A stretch of 64,000 nt of DNA from Phoronis australis. Taxonomy: Eukaryota; Animalia; Phoronida. The stretch is taken from assembly GCA_002633005.1 (NCBI GenBank), contig NMRA01000689.1:139137-203136 (forward strand), read 5' to 3'. Every line of letters starts with the position of its first letter. Position 1 is the stretch's first letter. The notes beneath the pieces are model-generated. The model did no database searches and was not told the origin of the DNA. It was given only the letters and a program-made list of their open reading frames with translations. Positions 39,201 to 52,222 of the stretch are shown piece after piece. The translations under genes were made by a program, and so were the position numbers.

Positions 39201-42200
39201 GTCGTCACTTCTTCTACCATTTCCCATCCCAACCACTACTCATTCACCCAACTGTTATGGATCTGCCACTTTCACCACCACCACCACCAGCACGACCAAC
39301 ATCACTACTCACTGCACAACCACTATCACCATCAACAGCTGCCACCATCAACACCACCGCTCATCACCGCAACCAGCACCACTTCCGCCGTTACAAAATC
39401 CACTACATCATTAGTTTTCACCAATTCATCTACACGAATCACCACCGCTACACATAGCCTTTTCCGACACGTGCACCGCCTTCAACGTTATATCGTGAGA
39501 ACATCTCTTGTGCTCGCAGCTCCACTTTCAAGACGACTGGGCCTTAGGTCCAACAGTTGTTTATTTTCATAAAAGGTCTCACTATCAAATAGCGATTAAA
39601 ACAGCACGTTGTACATGTGTATTTTCACGAGTTTTGCTTTTCTTGTCAAAAGCAAACGTGTTTTCGTTATGTCGCTTTGGGAAATCTTCCCCAGTGGTTA
39701 CCCCGAGGCACGATATCATTAAAGATCAGCACTCGCGGGAAGTCTGTAGACTTGAAGCATCATAACAAACGTGATGTCTTTTTTGAAAAACCTTGCCCTC
39801 CTACCTTTGAGATAATCGCTCAGCGTGATGCGTTTGATCTTATATTCCTTGCTGATAAAAGTAAAACAAACTTTAGGCTGTTTTTTCAACAAAACCAGCT
39901 CTTGCTGTAGGTTCTCTTGCGGTTTGGAACTATTGATTCACACTGGATATTTAGTTGAAGAAACGTGTCCGGGCCAGCACTGTCAGTCATTTGAGTTTCC
40001 AAACAGAACCATATTTCTTTTAAAGAACGCTTTTTAAAGATTTTACAGCGCAAGGTGGAGGTCGCAAAAACACTTGTTGGGCAATTAGCATTGCATTCAT
40101 TGTGGTGAAACGCAGCCGCCAATCTTTCTGCCTGCTCTCGGTTCGACCTGAAAAGTGAAATGTTGTAAAAGGTACACGAACGCGGCAAATTTCAGGAACC
40201 TTTTGATCACAATGATTGAATCCTGTAATATTTTCAAAGCCACTCAAAGCTTTGGCGCATCGTCAAACAGTTGTAGAAATAAACCCCCCACTTCGAAGTC
40301 TCTATGATGGGAGGTCTAAAACTGCATTTCTTAGAGGAAACCGATCTGCTATCATGAGAGGGAAATATTTGATAGGCGTTGGTTTTAAAGTTGCATTTCG
40401 CCCTGATTATGTAGCTTAAAACGAAAGTCGTCTTTCACTCTGGAAATTTGGTCTCATAATGTTCTTTACCCTGATAGGATGTTATTTCCATTACCAGCAA
40501 GACGATCGGAATCATCTGATCTGCGACTTGAGAAAAGGCTTCAGAGTGTACTGGCGTTGGCTAACCCTTGAGTCGCCAGATCATTAGACAATAATTCAGC
40601 ATCAGATGAGCGTGGTAATGTTTTTAAACCCCAAAGCGCTTTGGTTAACATTGACAGATAAACAGGAACGAAATGCAGCTTTAATAGTTGTTCTACACGT
40701 CTACGTGGCTGTTGCATATGAATGAATTCCGACAACACTGGCCAGCAATTAGACATGAAATAAAATTGTCTCTAGTTTCTTCGATTCTGTTATTAGTGGG
40801 TGGAACGGAGGGAATGAGAATATAACGTCAAAACGATTTCTGGGCTCTATCATACTTATGAGTCCTCGTATTTGTAGTGCGGATGTTACTCACAAGTACT
40901 GCGATGTGTGATTTCGGGTGCATAGGGAGTGCAACTTAAAATTAAAGCCTTCGTTTCTACATGAGCCAGCCGCCAATCACTGAACTAATAAACAAACACG
41001 AATCACTTAGTGCTACACTTTTGCTGAATATCTCGAATTTCTAGTTGATGCAAGCAGTGCAGCCATTGGTTCACAATTTGAAAAGAAATCATCATTACAA
41101 ATTGCCTTGCGTGACGTTCGTGATTTGTATTTGTAATTCTTATATTGCGTTGATTGTTGTCAACGGAGGAGCCAAATGATGGAGGTTGGATTATTACCTT
41201 GTATTAATACATTGTCATGGAAACTAAGGATCAAACTTTTATCATTTGCCGGTGCAGGTGAAGGTGAGGAGGTAGTAAAATCTAATTACGTAGGTGGATG
41301 CAAAAAATAGCAGATCTGTCAACTGACTCGTGACACAGTGAAATCGACAACCCGACTCTGTGGCGTCTGCATCAATGTTGACACGCGTGGCGCATTTTAA
41401 ATAAGCCTTCGTGTTTGCATTTGAGTTAGGAGTATTAACTGGTCTGCGCGCTGATCGCAAAAAATGATCGGATGTTGTCGCAATGGAGGGGTTCACTGGC
41501 TGGTATCCAAATGGGCTGGTACATAGTCTCACAAACCTAGAAAAAGTACATCGGGACACATCGACATTAATACTTTTGGGAAGTGAGAGTACAAATACGT
41601 CCCCAAAGTCCGTAGTGTGCAAAAAAACATGAGCAAGGTTCTCACGCCTTTGGAAAAATAAGGGGGTGTCACTAAATCAAGTGTCGTGCGTATAGTCTCA
41701 GGGGCGGATCCAGGATTTTAAGTTGGGGGGGACAGGGCAGAGTGTTAGCCAGCATTTTGCCCCTCAGACATTCGCACCGCCCCAAAGCCGGTGCCAAATG
41801 GAATATGGAAGAATTAAACCCGCCACTGAGTTTCACGTCTGAAATGATGGTAACTTACGAGTCTTACACGCTTGACACAAATGGAAAGTTTTAGAGCAGG
41901 TTCTATCCAATGCGCACCTGTACGGGCTCATTCGACATGCGCACATTCTGTGAATGAGAAACAAATCAAGGCGCTGAATGTCTGGGCTGCTTTCAGGAGA
42001 CACAAGACACTCGCCAAGCATTTGCGCAAAGGAATCTTCACTCATGTGAGGTCTGTCCAAACACTTCAATATACCGACATCTCTGACCAATCACTAAAAT
42101 GGCCTCTAGTTTGCTATGCTAGGTCAGGGTCAGTGAGGTTCTGAGCATTTACACTATTTACTGCTACGAAAGATAGAGCTACACTTTCATATAGGTGGCG

Positions 42201-45200
42201 CTGTGACAGAGAAAAATCCTTACATTGAACCATGCTTCATTTACTTCGTAAGCCAACACTATCGCGTTATCATTCTTAGATACATCCACGAGTAACCAGA
42301 TCATGGGCGACGTAAAACTGAAAAAAGTGGGGGCTATAGCTCCCCCACCCCCAGCCCCCTATGGTGCGCAGCCTGCGAAAAAGCATGACATTATCTTTCA
42401 ATGTCGGGCATCAAAGCAATGACAAGCGCCTGTCTGTGCTTTTGATAACTTCCGTAGCTTCCATTCTTCGTAAATTATCCCGTTGTCGAACAATTTTGAG
42501 AGACCAAATCACGAAATGTCACCGATTTTCCACGACTGACATGTTTGGTGAGCCGGCTCGTGAATGCCGGTCTCGCCACCTAGTGACTGCATAAGATTTG
42601 ATCCAGCCTTTGTTTGATTACGCCGGGCTGCGAAGTGACGTAACCAGTCCTGATATGGCCTCGTTCCGGCCCCAGGCTCCAGCTCGCAGCCAGCCGCTCG
42701 TGTAAGCCGAAAAAAAACAGTCAAATTCCCCCATTGTATACTTCCTTATTTGGAAAGTCACGTGAGTTGACTAGCCTGGTGGGTGTCGTTGCTTTAAAAA
42801 GGCTATAGAGAATACAAAGAACATCGTTTGCTTGTTATTTTGTTTTTGTTCTATACATAATGAATTGTGCTAGGCATCCCATAAGCAGTGTAATACAAAG
42901 ACAAGTGTACAGCCTGTAGGACAAGTTTTGTCTATTTACAACGATCTGACACCAACGCAGGTAGCGTAAACGGAAAGTGAGCTTATGGTGGTGCTGCCAT
43001 TCCCCGTGTGGACACCAACGTGCAATTAAACTAGCAAAATACAATTTGGGATGATGGAAACTATCTGTGCTCGTGTTGGGAGCCCCACATTATACATATG
43101 CCTTGCTTCATCCAAAGATAGAGATGTTCAAGACCCCATGATTGTTGCCTACATCAAACGATTAACCTCGAGCATGCGCAATAAATGGCGTCTACACCAA
43201 AAACCCTGGGTGGAATGAAGTTAACAATTGCAGCCTCNTTTTTGTTCTATACATAATGAATTGTGCTAGGCATCCCATAAGCAGTATAATACAAAGACAA
43301 GTGTACAGCCTGTAGGACAAGTTTTGTCTATTTACAACGTTCTGACACCAACGCAGGTAGCGTAAACGGAAAGTGAGCTTATGATGGTGCTGCCATTCCG
43401 CGTGTGGACACCAACGTGCAATTAAACTAGCAAAATACAATTTGGGATGATGGAAACTATCTGTGCTCGTGTTGGGAGCCCCACATTATACATATGCCTT
43501 GCTTCATCCAAAGATAGAGATGTTCAAGACCCCATGATTGTTGCCTACATCAAACGATTAACCTCGAGCATGCGCAATAAATGGCGTCTACACCAAAAAC
43601 CCTGGGTGGAATGAAGTTAACAATTGCAGCCTCCGTCTTTGTCAATTTACACGCGCACTGTGAAGACACGTGTGTGAGGTTCCGTATTCATTGCAAAGTT
43701 ACTCGATTTCATTTTTATGACCAACATGAACCTGAATAGATTGAAGCCTTCTAGTTTCATATGTATACTCATGAAACACTGCATTGCGTCATCTTGCTTT
43801 TTGGTGAGTTTCTTGCGTCCACGGAACGTACCCCCAGTGGGTGCCAGTCTTCTCGTGCCTTTATTGCATTATTCACTTTATTCATCGCTAGTGCTCAATG
43901 TCGTTTCATTTTGTCACCAACACTGAGAGCGGAATTTTAAGGATGGTTTACGGAGTGCGAAATGAAGTTTAAAAAGGGCGAAATACGTGGGAAGTAAAGT
44001 TCAATTTTATTCGTTAAAATTGGATTACGCTTCGTGAAACAGGAGTAGCAGGGCATTTATGAAACTACATTGAAAAACACGAGAAAACTACAGTTAAAGA
44101 AACAAGCGTTAACCTGGCGAGTTAAATTACTAACGTGTGCGTTGTATTGTTTTTAAGTTGGCCTACCCAAATGCAATTACAGAAGTCCACCGCACTTTGG
44201 TAAACCCACTTTGGTTTCGATACTTCTGTGGGTTCAATTATTTCCTTGACACTGGGAAGAGCAGTGATGAGGCGTTTGAACTATAAAAATGCGGACAACC
44301 ATAGCATTTCAAAAATGAAGAGAAATTTGAACTGAATTGTGGAACTTTTTATACGATGGCCGCATTGGTTTCGGCGCCTTAGAGCAATCATTGTAAGGTT
44401 GGGGTTTTGTCCGGAGCAGCGTTTGTTGGTAATGCCCGTATAGAAATATAACAAATGGCATTTTTAGAAATAGCTCATGTTTAATAAAAAAAATACACAG
44501 GGTCATTAAAGTTTGTCTACATTGCGTCAAAACAGAGCCAACGAGGTAGAGTGATGGTAAAAATACAAATAATTCTTATTCAGTTACTGTTACTTTTATT
44601 ATCAATATCACTGTCAATTGTTGCCGAGTCTCGGTTGGCACTTCCTTGGGATTTCAACCTCAAATTGATTATCTTCGGTTTTTGTCTTCAGAATGCAATG
44701 GGACAAACACAAAGCTCAATACCCGAACATCAGACGTCAGACGGCGCTATAGGTTCTACCGAAAACGCTACGCCGGATGTGAAATCGTTCACGGGAATTT
44801 GGAGCTTGTCTTTCTGCACAACACTAACATGAACTACGACATGAGCTTCTTAAAGGACATTCGAGAAGTTACTGGATACATTCTTATCGCTGTTGTGTTC
44901 GCCAAAACTATTCCGTTGACTAGCTTGGAAGTGGTCCGGGGCGAGACGTTGTTTAGGGGCAGCAGTCTGTACGTTGTGCTTACCTACAGCTCCTTGCAGG
45001 ACGTCGTTGGCCTTTGGGAGTTGCAGATGCCGTCGCTTGTCGGTGAGTTTCTGTGACATCATTTAATGAACGTATTTCAAAAGAATATAACTTTCCGTGT
45101 CATTAGTACACGGTTGTTCAATAAACGTTGTCATTGATATATTCTATTTTGGTATGGCCTCAATCTAAATCACTTTCATGTTTTATAACAAATAAAACAG

Positions 45201-47056
45201 AGGAGAAGGTCGAGTAATAGAACTACAACTGTTTATTGCATTTTTCTTCGAGATTCAATTAATAGTCAAAACTGTGTCTCTGGAGAGATTAATTCATAAA
45301 TTTAAAGTGATTTTCGCACATGGGTTTTGTAGAAAAAATGGTATTAGTTCGATGTTACACATTGTCAGCATTGAGCCTCTAAGTCACAATTTTTTGCCCC
45401 TTGTCTAACACTTCGGTAATGTGGTAAAGTTTACATGAGAAGGTGTAAGGTGGACTTGAAACCGTTCAAAAGTCTATGAAAATGCATCACTGCAGCTGAC
45501 AAAGTCAGGGACAACGTATTCGGTTAGACCATTTCCACTTGCTATCATTCCTCCGATTTCATACTTTTTTACAGAAATAAGCCGTGGTGACGTGGTGTTC
45601 CGGAGGAACAACTATCTGTGTTTTATGGACACTATTGTTTGGGGTACAATCATGAAACAACCCGACTCGAGACTGTATCGGCGACGGAACCGAGTAGGAA
45701 TCGTGCGTCAATGTAAGATACATTTTATTGCACTACATTTGCCTTGTCAAGCGCCCAATTTTACCAATTTTTATTGAACTTTTTACAGACAGACGAAAAT
45801 CATGGGTGCTTATTGCGAAGCAGAGTTTATGCCACGGTAGGGCTACGAAGTGAGACAATTATTTTAATTGGTTACTTTTTACCGAGTTCCGCTCTAGCGA
45901 ACATCCGGCAAAGGCACTTTCGAGAGACAAATTATAGAATATTGTTTTTCAACAACACCACTTTGCTTTGCAGTGTTAAAGTTTGTGCAACAAAATTATG
46001 CAAAAACGATCTGATGGTAGAATTAAGATACCGTTTTGGCGAGGTGCACAGGATGATACAACCGTAATTATTTATTTGATTGGTTTTAAGTGATTATGTG
46101 TGTCGGTTGCAAGAATGTAATAGGGAAAATTAATCTTAATTGTTTTATTTTTTGGGCAAAATTTCTCTCACCAAATTACAGATGATTCAAGGTCACTGCC
46201 ATTTCGAAGAAATTGCTTTCGTGGAACTATTTCATACTGAGTGACACAGCTGCTTTCATCTTCATACTCAAAGCATTGCTTTTACGCTATGATTTATTAG
46301 TATAGCACAGTAAATATTTTCAACGAGAATTTTCAGAGCCACTCGCATGTCGCGTTTTTTCACGAAGAAAACGTGATATTTCTCGAATATATCGTAATGG
46401 ATAGAGGATGTGATGTGTTTCACCTAACATACATGTATGTCCAACGGCAAATCGAACGTGTTTTAATTAGCGACGGAATCACATGTTTTCATTTACCAAT
46501 GCATTTTTGGCATTTTTCACCTTACTTTAATATGTCTGATCTGACACATTATGTCTCATTGTATCAATTTCAACCCCTTAATTCCAATTTTGGCCCATTT
46601 TGTCTATTTGCACTAGGCAGGTCCATTTCATCCTTAAATCCATTTCCACTCGTTGTGTAGGTTTTATCCGTTAGAATAATTGTATTTCAAAAAGGGGTAT
46701 TAAAACGGTTATTAATTCCGTTTCGATAAATTATGCTGAATTCAATGGAAGTAATGGGTCAAAACATGGGCGGCGCAGCACTGAAAAAAGTGGGGGGCTA
46801 AAGACCCCTCAGCCCATGCAAATTGAGTTACGAAATTTGGTGAGTTACTGTGTTCTATTCAAGCTCTTGAATTCTCCTTCACAGGCAGCCATAAAAAGAA
46901 GTCTAACCTACCGTTGACCTTCCCAGCCATTAGACACATGGTAATTCATGAAGTTTTCTATTTTTAGGTGGGTCATGCGCTTACAAATGCCACGATCATT
47001 GCTGGGGTGAAGGCGACAACATGTGCCAGGCCAACCCCTACTTCTACAGCTATTAG
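33243..47056 (+). CDS. Secreted EGFR-like protein: signal peptide, pro-like segment, single receptor L domain and first furin-like Cys module, 282 aa, no transmembrane or kinase domain
   Basis: Exons: 33243-33513 ([19 protein letters not shown]...), 44692-45042 ([68 protein letters not shown]), 45575-45712 ([26 protein letters not shown]), 46968-47056 ([29 protein letters not shown]). All introns are phase 1 GT-AG. 849 nt in frame. Linkage of exon 1 across the 11 kb intron is inferred from phase and the signal peptide. Confidence 0.85.
36288..36478. repeat. Compound tetranucleotide microsatellite (GGAT)n/(GGCA)n/(GACA)n
   Basis: Directly visible tandem tetramers. Confidence 0.95.
38853..39155. 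mobile_element. Two adjacent short inverted-repeat (MITE-like) elements inserted in an (ACC)n low-complexity tract
   Basis: cagtggcggatccagga...ctaaatccgccca (relatives at 41699-41828, 56913-57076, 61961-62075 inverted, 58240 onward) followed by catgggcagcgcagc...gtgtgccgcccatg (relatives at 42302, 46765, 55350). Confidence 0.7.
42843..43633. repeat. Tandem 395-bp duplication split by a single N (probable assembly artefact)
   Basis: 42843-43237 versus 43239-43633 differ at only a few bases. N at 43238. Confidence 0.9.
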
Positions 47057-47775
47057 ATTACGGAGAGATGGTTCAAATCGCATACCAGCCTCTGCTACAA
47101 CCTTGATTCGCCATGTGTCATGAACATATTGCATAACGGTACAGATCTGTCGGACATTTTCTGACTCAATGCATGTTGCCCACCTGTAACATAACTTGAA
47201 AAAAATACATGTTCAATTGCCATGCCAGCTTACGATGCCACGACATGTTGCCGATGGCTGGCCACTGTACAGACACACGGAAGTGTGGCGGATGACACGA
47301 AACTGAAGACCGTGAACGTACGTTAATAGCAACACGGTGGCTGAACATTACGAACAAATTGTCTTTTCACAAAGAGAAAAGTTTTAGTTGTAAAAGTTTA
47401 CTATTGGTCTATGGGTGACGTAGAGTTTTGAGGCTTTTTCCGAAAACACACATAAGTACACTTGTATTTGTGCGCACATGCACAAGCGTGCATGCATTGC
47501 TTAGCCGGCTAGTCTTATGTTTAGATAGTGTGATTAATTAAAAACGTGTCCGCCCTTGTCTGTATTCTGCAAGTCGGTTCCCGCTTAGAAATTATTTGGG
47601 AATACATACGGCTTGCATAGTAGACTCTAAACATTTACGCAGAATATGCAAAAATAATAAGTAATATGTATATTTCCAGACACAATCATATAGTTTTACG
47701 TTGGGTTTTATAATGTGTATTTATTTTTGTGAAGTAATATATTTTGAAATCTCTATGGTGTAAATGGAAGTTTGG

Positions 47776-47781
47776 AATAAA
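47776..47781 (+). promoter_or_regulatory. Candidate polyadenylation signal of the EGFR-like gene
   Basis: AATAAA followed by the GT/T-rich element ttttgtttcctgtgtctttgtctttt, about 720 nt after the stop codon. Confidence 0.5.
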
Positions 47782-48667
47782 GCTACATATTTTGTTTCCT
47801 GTGTCTTTGTCTTTTCAGAGAAGCGGTAAACAATTCATTGGGCTTTTATTTTAAAACCGATTATTGTGTTTTAGAAACTATTGAACTGGAAACAAAATTT
47901 TAAAAACGTTTATCATTTGATAAACAACGAGCAATCATCTTGTAGAGGCGTAATCTTGCAAAAAGTCAATCAAAAACTATAATTATATTGACCAAAACTG
48001 TTCGCCCAAAGGCACTGTTTCTGAGCATGAACCAAAGACCTAATTTTGTTTGAGTGCAACGCAAAAACACCATTTTTTCTCATAACCCATGTATTATGTT
48101 TTAGTCTGCATTAATAGTTGGATTTTGCGTGTTGACTAAGAACAGGTTCATGCCGTGATAGCTGTTGTTATTGCTAATTGCACTATTTTGGTGGAGGCGT
48201 TTATTTCCAAATTGCCTGTTTTCCAATCTTCAATTTTCGGCAAACACTTCCGCATTCCCTAGACGTTGTTAAACTCGGATTGGATGATTGCCATGCCTGT
48301 CGTGTCAGCCTACAATACTGGCACGTAATAGCGCCTTCTCATTGGCCGGAATGTATGCTTGATGATCTTTACCTAGTTGTCATGCGCCCAGAAGCAGTGG
48401 TCTCAGTTGCGCGATGAAATTTGAAAGGTCGTATATGACTATACCGCACCCCTGTAACAAAAATGTTATGTAGAACGAATCGAGTTTTCCCGCCTTAAAA
48501 AGTTTTCTCGCATCCCATCGGCATTAGTCATTATAAAGTTTGGCGAACTACTCGAAAACGAGGCCATTCGGTCATAATTTTAGCATACTAAGCTATTGTC
48601 TCCCATTTCTCTCATTTCTGTATTTTACAGACCAATGTTTATTCGTTTTGATTGAGGCCAGAACAGA

Positions 48668-48973
48668 AGCACGAACTTTAAAATTGGCCCGTAAGTAAAT
48701 AACGACATATCTATCCACCGTTTCGGTTTATTACTCTAAAACATTCTCATTACCTCAATAGAAACATTGGTTCATTTGAGCTCCAACTGTTGTGATTTCT
48801 GGTCTTTTTCCCCTCACAATGCATTTGACGTGTACCTGTACAGTCTCCTCTTTACCTGTGTCGCCTGTTTTGAGTCAGTGAACTGTTTCCTTGAGAATGG
48901 TTTAGAGTAATAAACCGAAACGTTGGGTAGATATGTCGTTATTTACTTACGCGCTAATTTTAAAGTTAGTGCT
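48668..48973. mobile_element. MITE with terminal inverted repeats of about 80 bp
   Basis: gcacgaactttaaaattggcccgtaagtaaataacgacatatcta..tttcggtttattactctaaa..attctca is mirrored at 48892-48972. Confidence 0.8.
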
Positions 48974-50440
48974 AATATTTATTCGATAGCTACACAATGA
49001 TTTCACTTAAACACTGTTACTTTTCGAAAAAAAATATTAGAAAAGAAAAAAGCACTTTGTATTCTAAACACAAGGCAAATAATGTTCTGCTCGAGTGACA
49101 CTGGAAGTGACCATGGTGGTCATAAACCGCGCTTATTATTCTGTATTATGACTTTTTAAAAGTCATAATACAGATACTTAAAAGGTTACGCCAGCTAAGG
49201 TTGTAGCTGTATGTTTTTAGTGTCCAGCTGGTTTAAATACACCGGTTGACCAATGGAGAACCAGATGTCAGGTATGTTCATCAGGGTTTGCAGCGAGTGA
49301 ATTCGTTCCCCGGGAAATGACCAATTGTTCCAGTTGGGGGAGTAAAACCTCTTTTTCGCTTTCATCGCCATTTGTATCTCCAAATATGTACATACTAAAA
49401 CAAAAAAAGAATAATGAAATTGAAAAAAACAACAAAAGCTAAAGGTGTGAATAAGGAGCAGTGATAACAAAAAGTTAATGGCCTTTTTGAAAGTACAACA
49501 GAAACTTTAAAAATACTTTTATTAAGTTCACACTCAAATAGAACAGAAAATATTTAAGAGAGTTCTAAGGCGGAGATTAACGCAACGCCCTCTCGTGGGA
49601 GATAGTGGTAGGGGTGTGCTGGCGCATTGGGTAGGTCAGTAAATAATCCCAACGCAGAATTTTGTAGAAATTTTAGGTGCTAAATTGCCCATCCTGAAGT
49701 TTTATATAGTATCGAGGGGTGCAACTGGCTAGTTCAGATGTCATTTCGGCTGGGTACGTTCCTCAAGTGAGTTGGGGATCGGGTTCGATACAGTACAAAC
49801 TCTACATTCTCAATATTATTGTAAATAAATGGGGAAGTTTTCATGCAATTCCTCTAATTTGATGGCAAAGTCCCTAATCATTTTCATTGAAATAAGGGCT
49901 CCGTTTTCAGATATTTATTAAAACATGTCATTAGTCAAAAGGACACCAAACTATGTTTTGATGATTTCAACCAGTGCACGTTCTTTCATCTGCTAATGTA
50001 TCATTGGCGTAAATCTCGTAAGTTGAAGGCAGGAAGCAACTAAAAACTCATCCTCTCTACCTCACAAATTGGATATTATATTCCTTGGTGAGTGGGTTTT
50101 TTCCCACGGTTGAAGTGTAATTCTCAAAAAGCACAGGTCACGCTTACCCATTTAGCAAACTTTGAAAGGAGTTTTTAAATTTTCCTCCAAACTTTTGGGG
50201 GTTGTTGAGGAACACAAAGCATTATTTTGTTTCAGAGAACAGGATGAGAAATTCATTTTTAGTATCGGTTAACAGGCCAAAACCGGGTTTGGTATCCTTT
50301 TAAAGAGGAGCTCATAATTAAAATAACAATTGATAGAAAACCATAACATTTTTAGCTAGCTAAGTCACCAACGCTCCAAAGCTTTAGCGAATTCATTTGA
50401 GTCCCTACTTAGAACTGTTTCGTGCAACGGGCCAGTGACT

Positions 50441-50590
50441 CCCTAACACTAACCCTAACACAAACAATAACCCTAAACCTTAGCCATAACCCTAACCCCT
50501 AACCCCAAACCCTTACCCTAACCCCAATCTTTACCCTACCCCCTAAATCTAACACCTAATTCCTAACCATAACTCCTAATCCTATCCCAA
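50441..50590. repeat. Degenerate (CCCTAA)n telomere-like tract
   Basis: Imperfect ccctaa/ccttaa/cctaa hexamers. Confidence 0.75.
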
Positions 50591-51911
50591 GTATTTTTAG
50601 TTGTAGGGAATTTGTGGAAACTGGCAACATCATTTAGAGCTTACAGTTGAAGTTGTTTTTCGCTATATTTAGCTGGCAAAAATGGAAATCGAATTAGGAC
50701 ACTCGTGATATTCTTCAACTTGATAGGATTCCATTTTCGTTACAAACCCCAGTCACAAGCAATGCAAACATGCGGAACATGCGATACAGAATTTATGACA
50801 GTAAAAGACCTATTTTGACTTTTGTTTTTCAGCCAGCTAAACACGGCGAAATACACCTTTGAGTTATGGCGGAACCGTGAATTAATAAACCAAAATTTTC
50901 ATAAAATAACTGGAAGAAAACTTTGCTTCGCTATTTGAACATTTTATGTTGTATAGCGGCTACCCACAAACAAATGACGAAATTTTGAGCATTTTAACAA
51001 TGACAAATTTGGCAGTTATTTTTGTTTGATGGAAGGAATTTTACCATAATCTCAACACAATGTCACATCATCAATAAAGGTACATGCATTAACTCTGCTA
51101 TTAAAAGATTTGTACGGCTTCATCACCCTGGACATGCGTTCTATTGTCAGTTACTTAGTCAATATTCTTGTTCATCTATTTATAGTTCAAAAGGTTTAAA
51201 TTGCCTTTTTCCGTAAGGTATTAGTACATCTCACCCCACAGCAGGGGACAATTGCTGTCATTATTATAGCAGAAAATGTGTTAAAACGCAGTAGGTTGAA
51301 ACCTCCTGTCCGCATTATATGAGATCTTTAGTTGGCGCTGAATACCTGTCCACTTAATTAAGGCCTGGGAAGAGTTCAACAACGCCATAAGACCTCGCTA
51401 GGGCCTGGCTAGAAATGCAAGACTTCGCGAGATCACGCGAGATATTGCCGTGTATTTTCAATGAGACCATGTGATTATGACTAGATTTTTCTCGCCGGAA
51501 GACAGCTATTCAATTCGCCGTCTGGTGGTGAAGTGAATTTCAATATGGCGCGGCTAATTCGAAATTCCGATATTGGATTTGCGTCAAATTTACAACCTGA
51601 AGCTGCTCATCAAGCAGAGGTGGACCAATTGCATATATGTAGTAATGCATAACAGTCCATGTTAACCCCGTGTATCAGAAGATGACTTGATACCTGTGTT
51701 GAATAGGTGTTTTAAAGTGCCAACAACAATCCAACTCAGCTTAAAGCTGAACGGAAATTGTGGATACCTATTTCCAAACCAGAGGTACTGCTTTGTATCA
51801 GACGTGATATTTTGATATTTAATAAATTACGTTGTAAAAGTAGTGAAACAACATTGTTAGTTCCATGTAACGCTTCATCATGGCTTTCATGCGTAAAAAC
51901 TTACCGCCGCC

Positions 51912-51984
51912 TGCACCGAGTGAGAATCAAACTCACGACCTTGAGGTTATGAGACTCACGCGCTGCCTACTGCGCCATCAATGC
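51912..51984 (-). pseudogene. tRNA-Met(CAT), degenerate copy
   Basis: Same sequence as the intact copies, but the T-loop GTTCGA is changed to GTTTGA and the acceptor stem is substituted. Confidence 0.75.
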
Positions 51985-52149
51985 GGCCTCAGTGCGTAGT
52001 ATTGTTGATACATGTAGACCGTGTGATCCATTTATGACATTTCATTGACTTCTTGTCAAAAATAACTGTTGGCATTTTGGAAAATCATCATTGTTTTAGT
52101 TCAATGTACCTCCAGATAATGGCTTTCATTATGAAAAAATAACGCCTCC

Positions 52150-52222
52150 TGGCCAGAGTGAGGATCGAACTCAAGACCTTGAGATTATGAGACTCAAGCG
52201 CTGCCTACTGCGCCATCGAGGC
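52150..52222 (-). tRNA. tRNA-Met(CAT), variant and possibly a pseudogene
   Basis: A/B boxes and anticodon are intact. There are two acceptor-stem mismatches and one T-stem mismatch relative to the copies at 53163 and 54229. Confidence 0.65.

Noticed and set aside
42843-43633. Two near-identical small minus-strand ORFs ([10 protein letters not shown]...) as tandem genes
   Set aside because: They lie in an N-joined duplicate within an intron, start with TTG and have no recognisable domain.
47054-47164. Stop-codon readthrough or frameshifted continuation of the EGFR-like ORF
   Set aside because: None of the three frames after the TAG resembles the EGFR furin-like domain, and the TAG-A context is not a strong readthrough signal.
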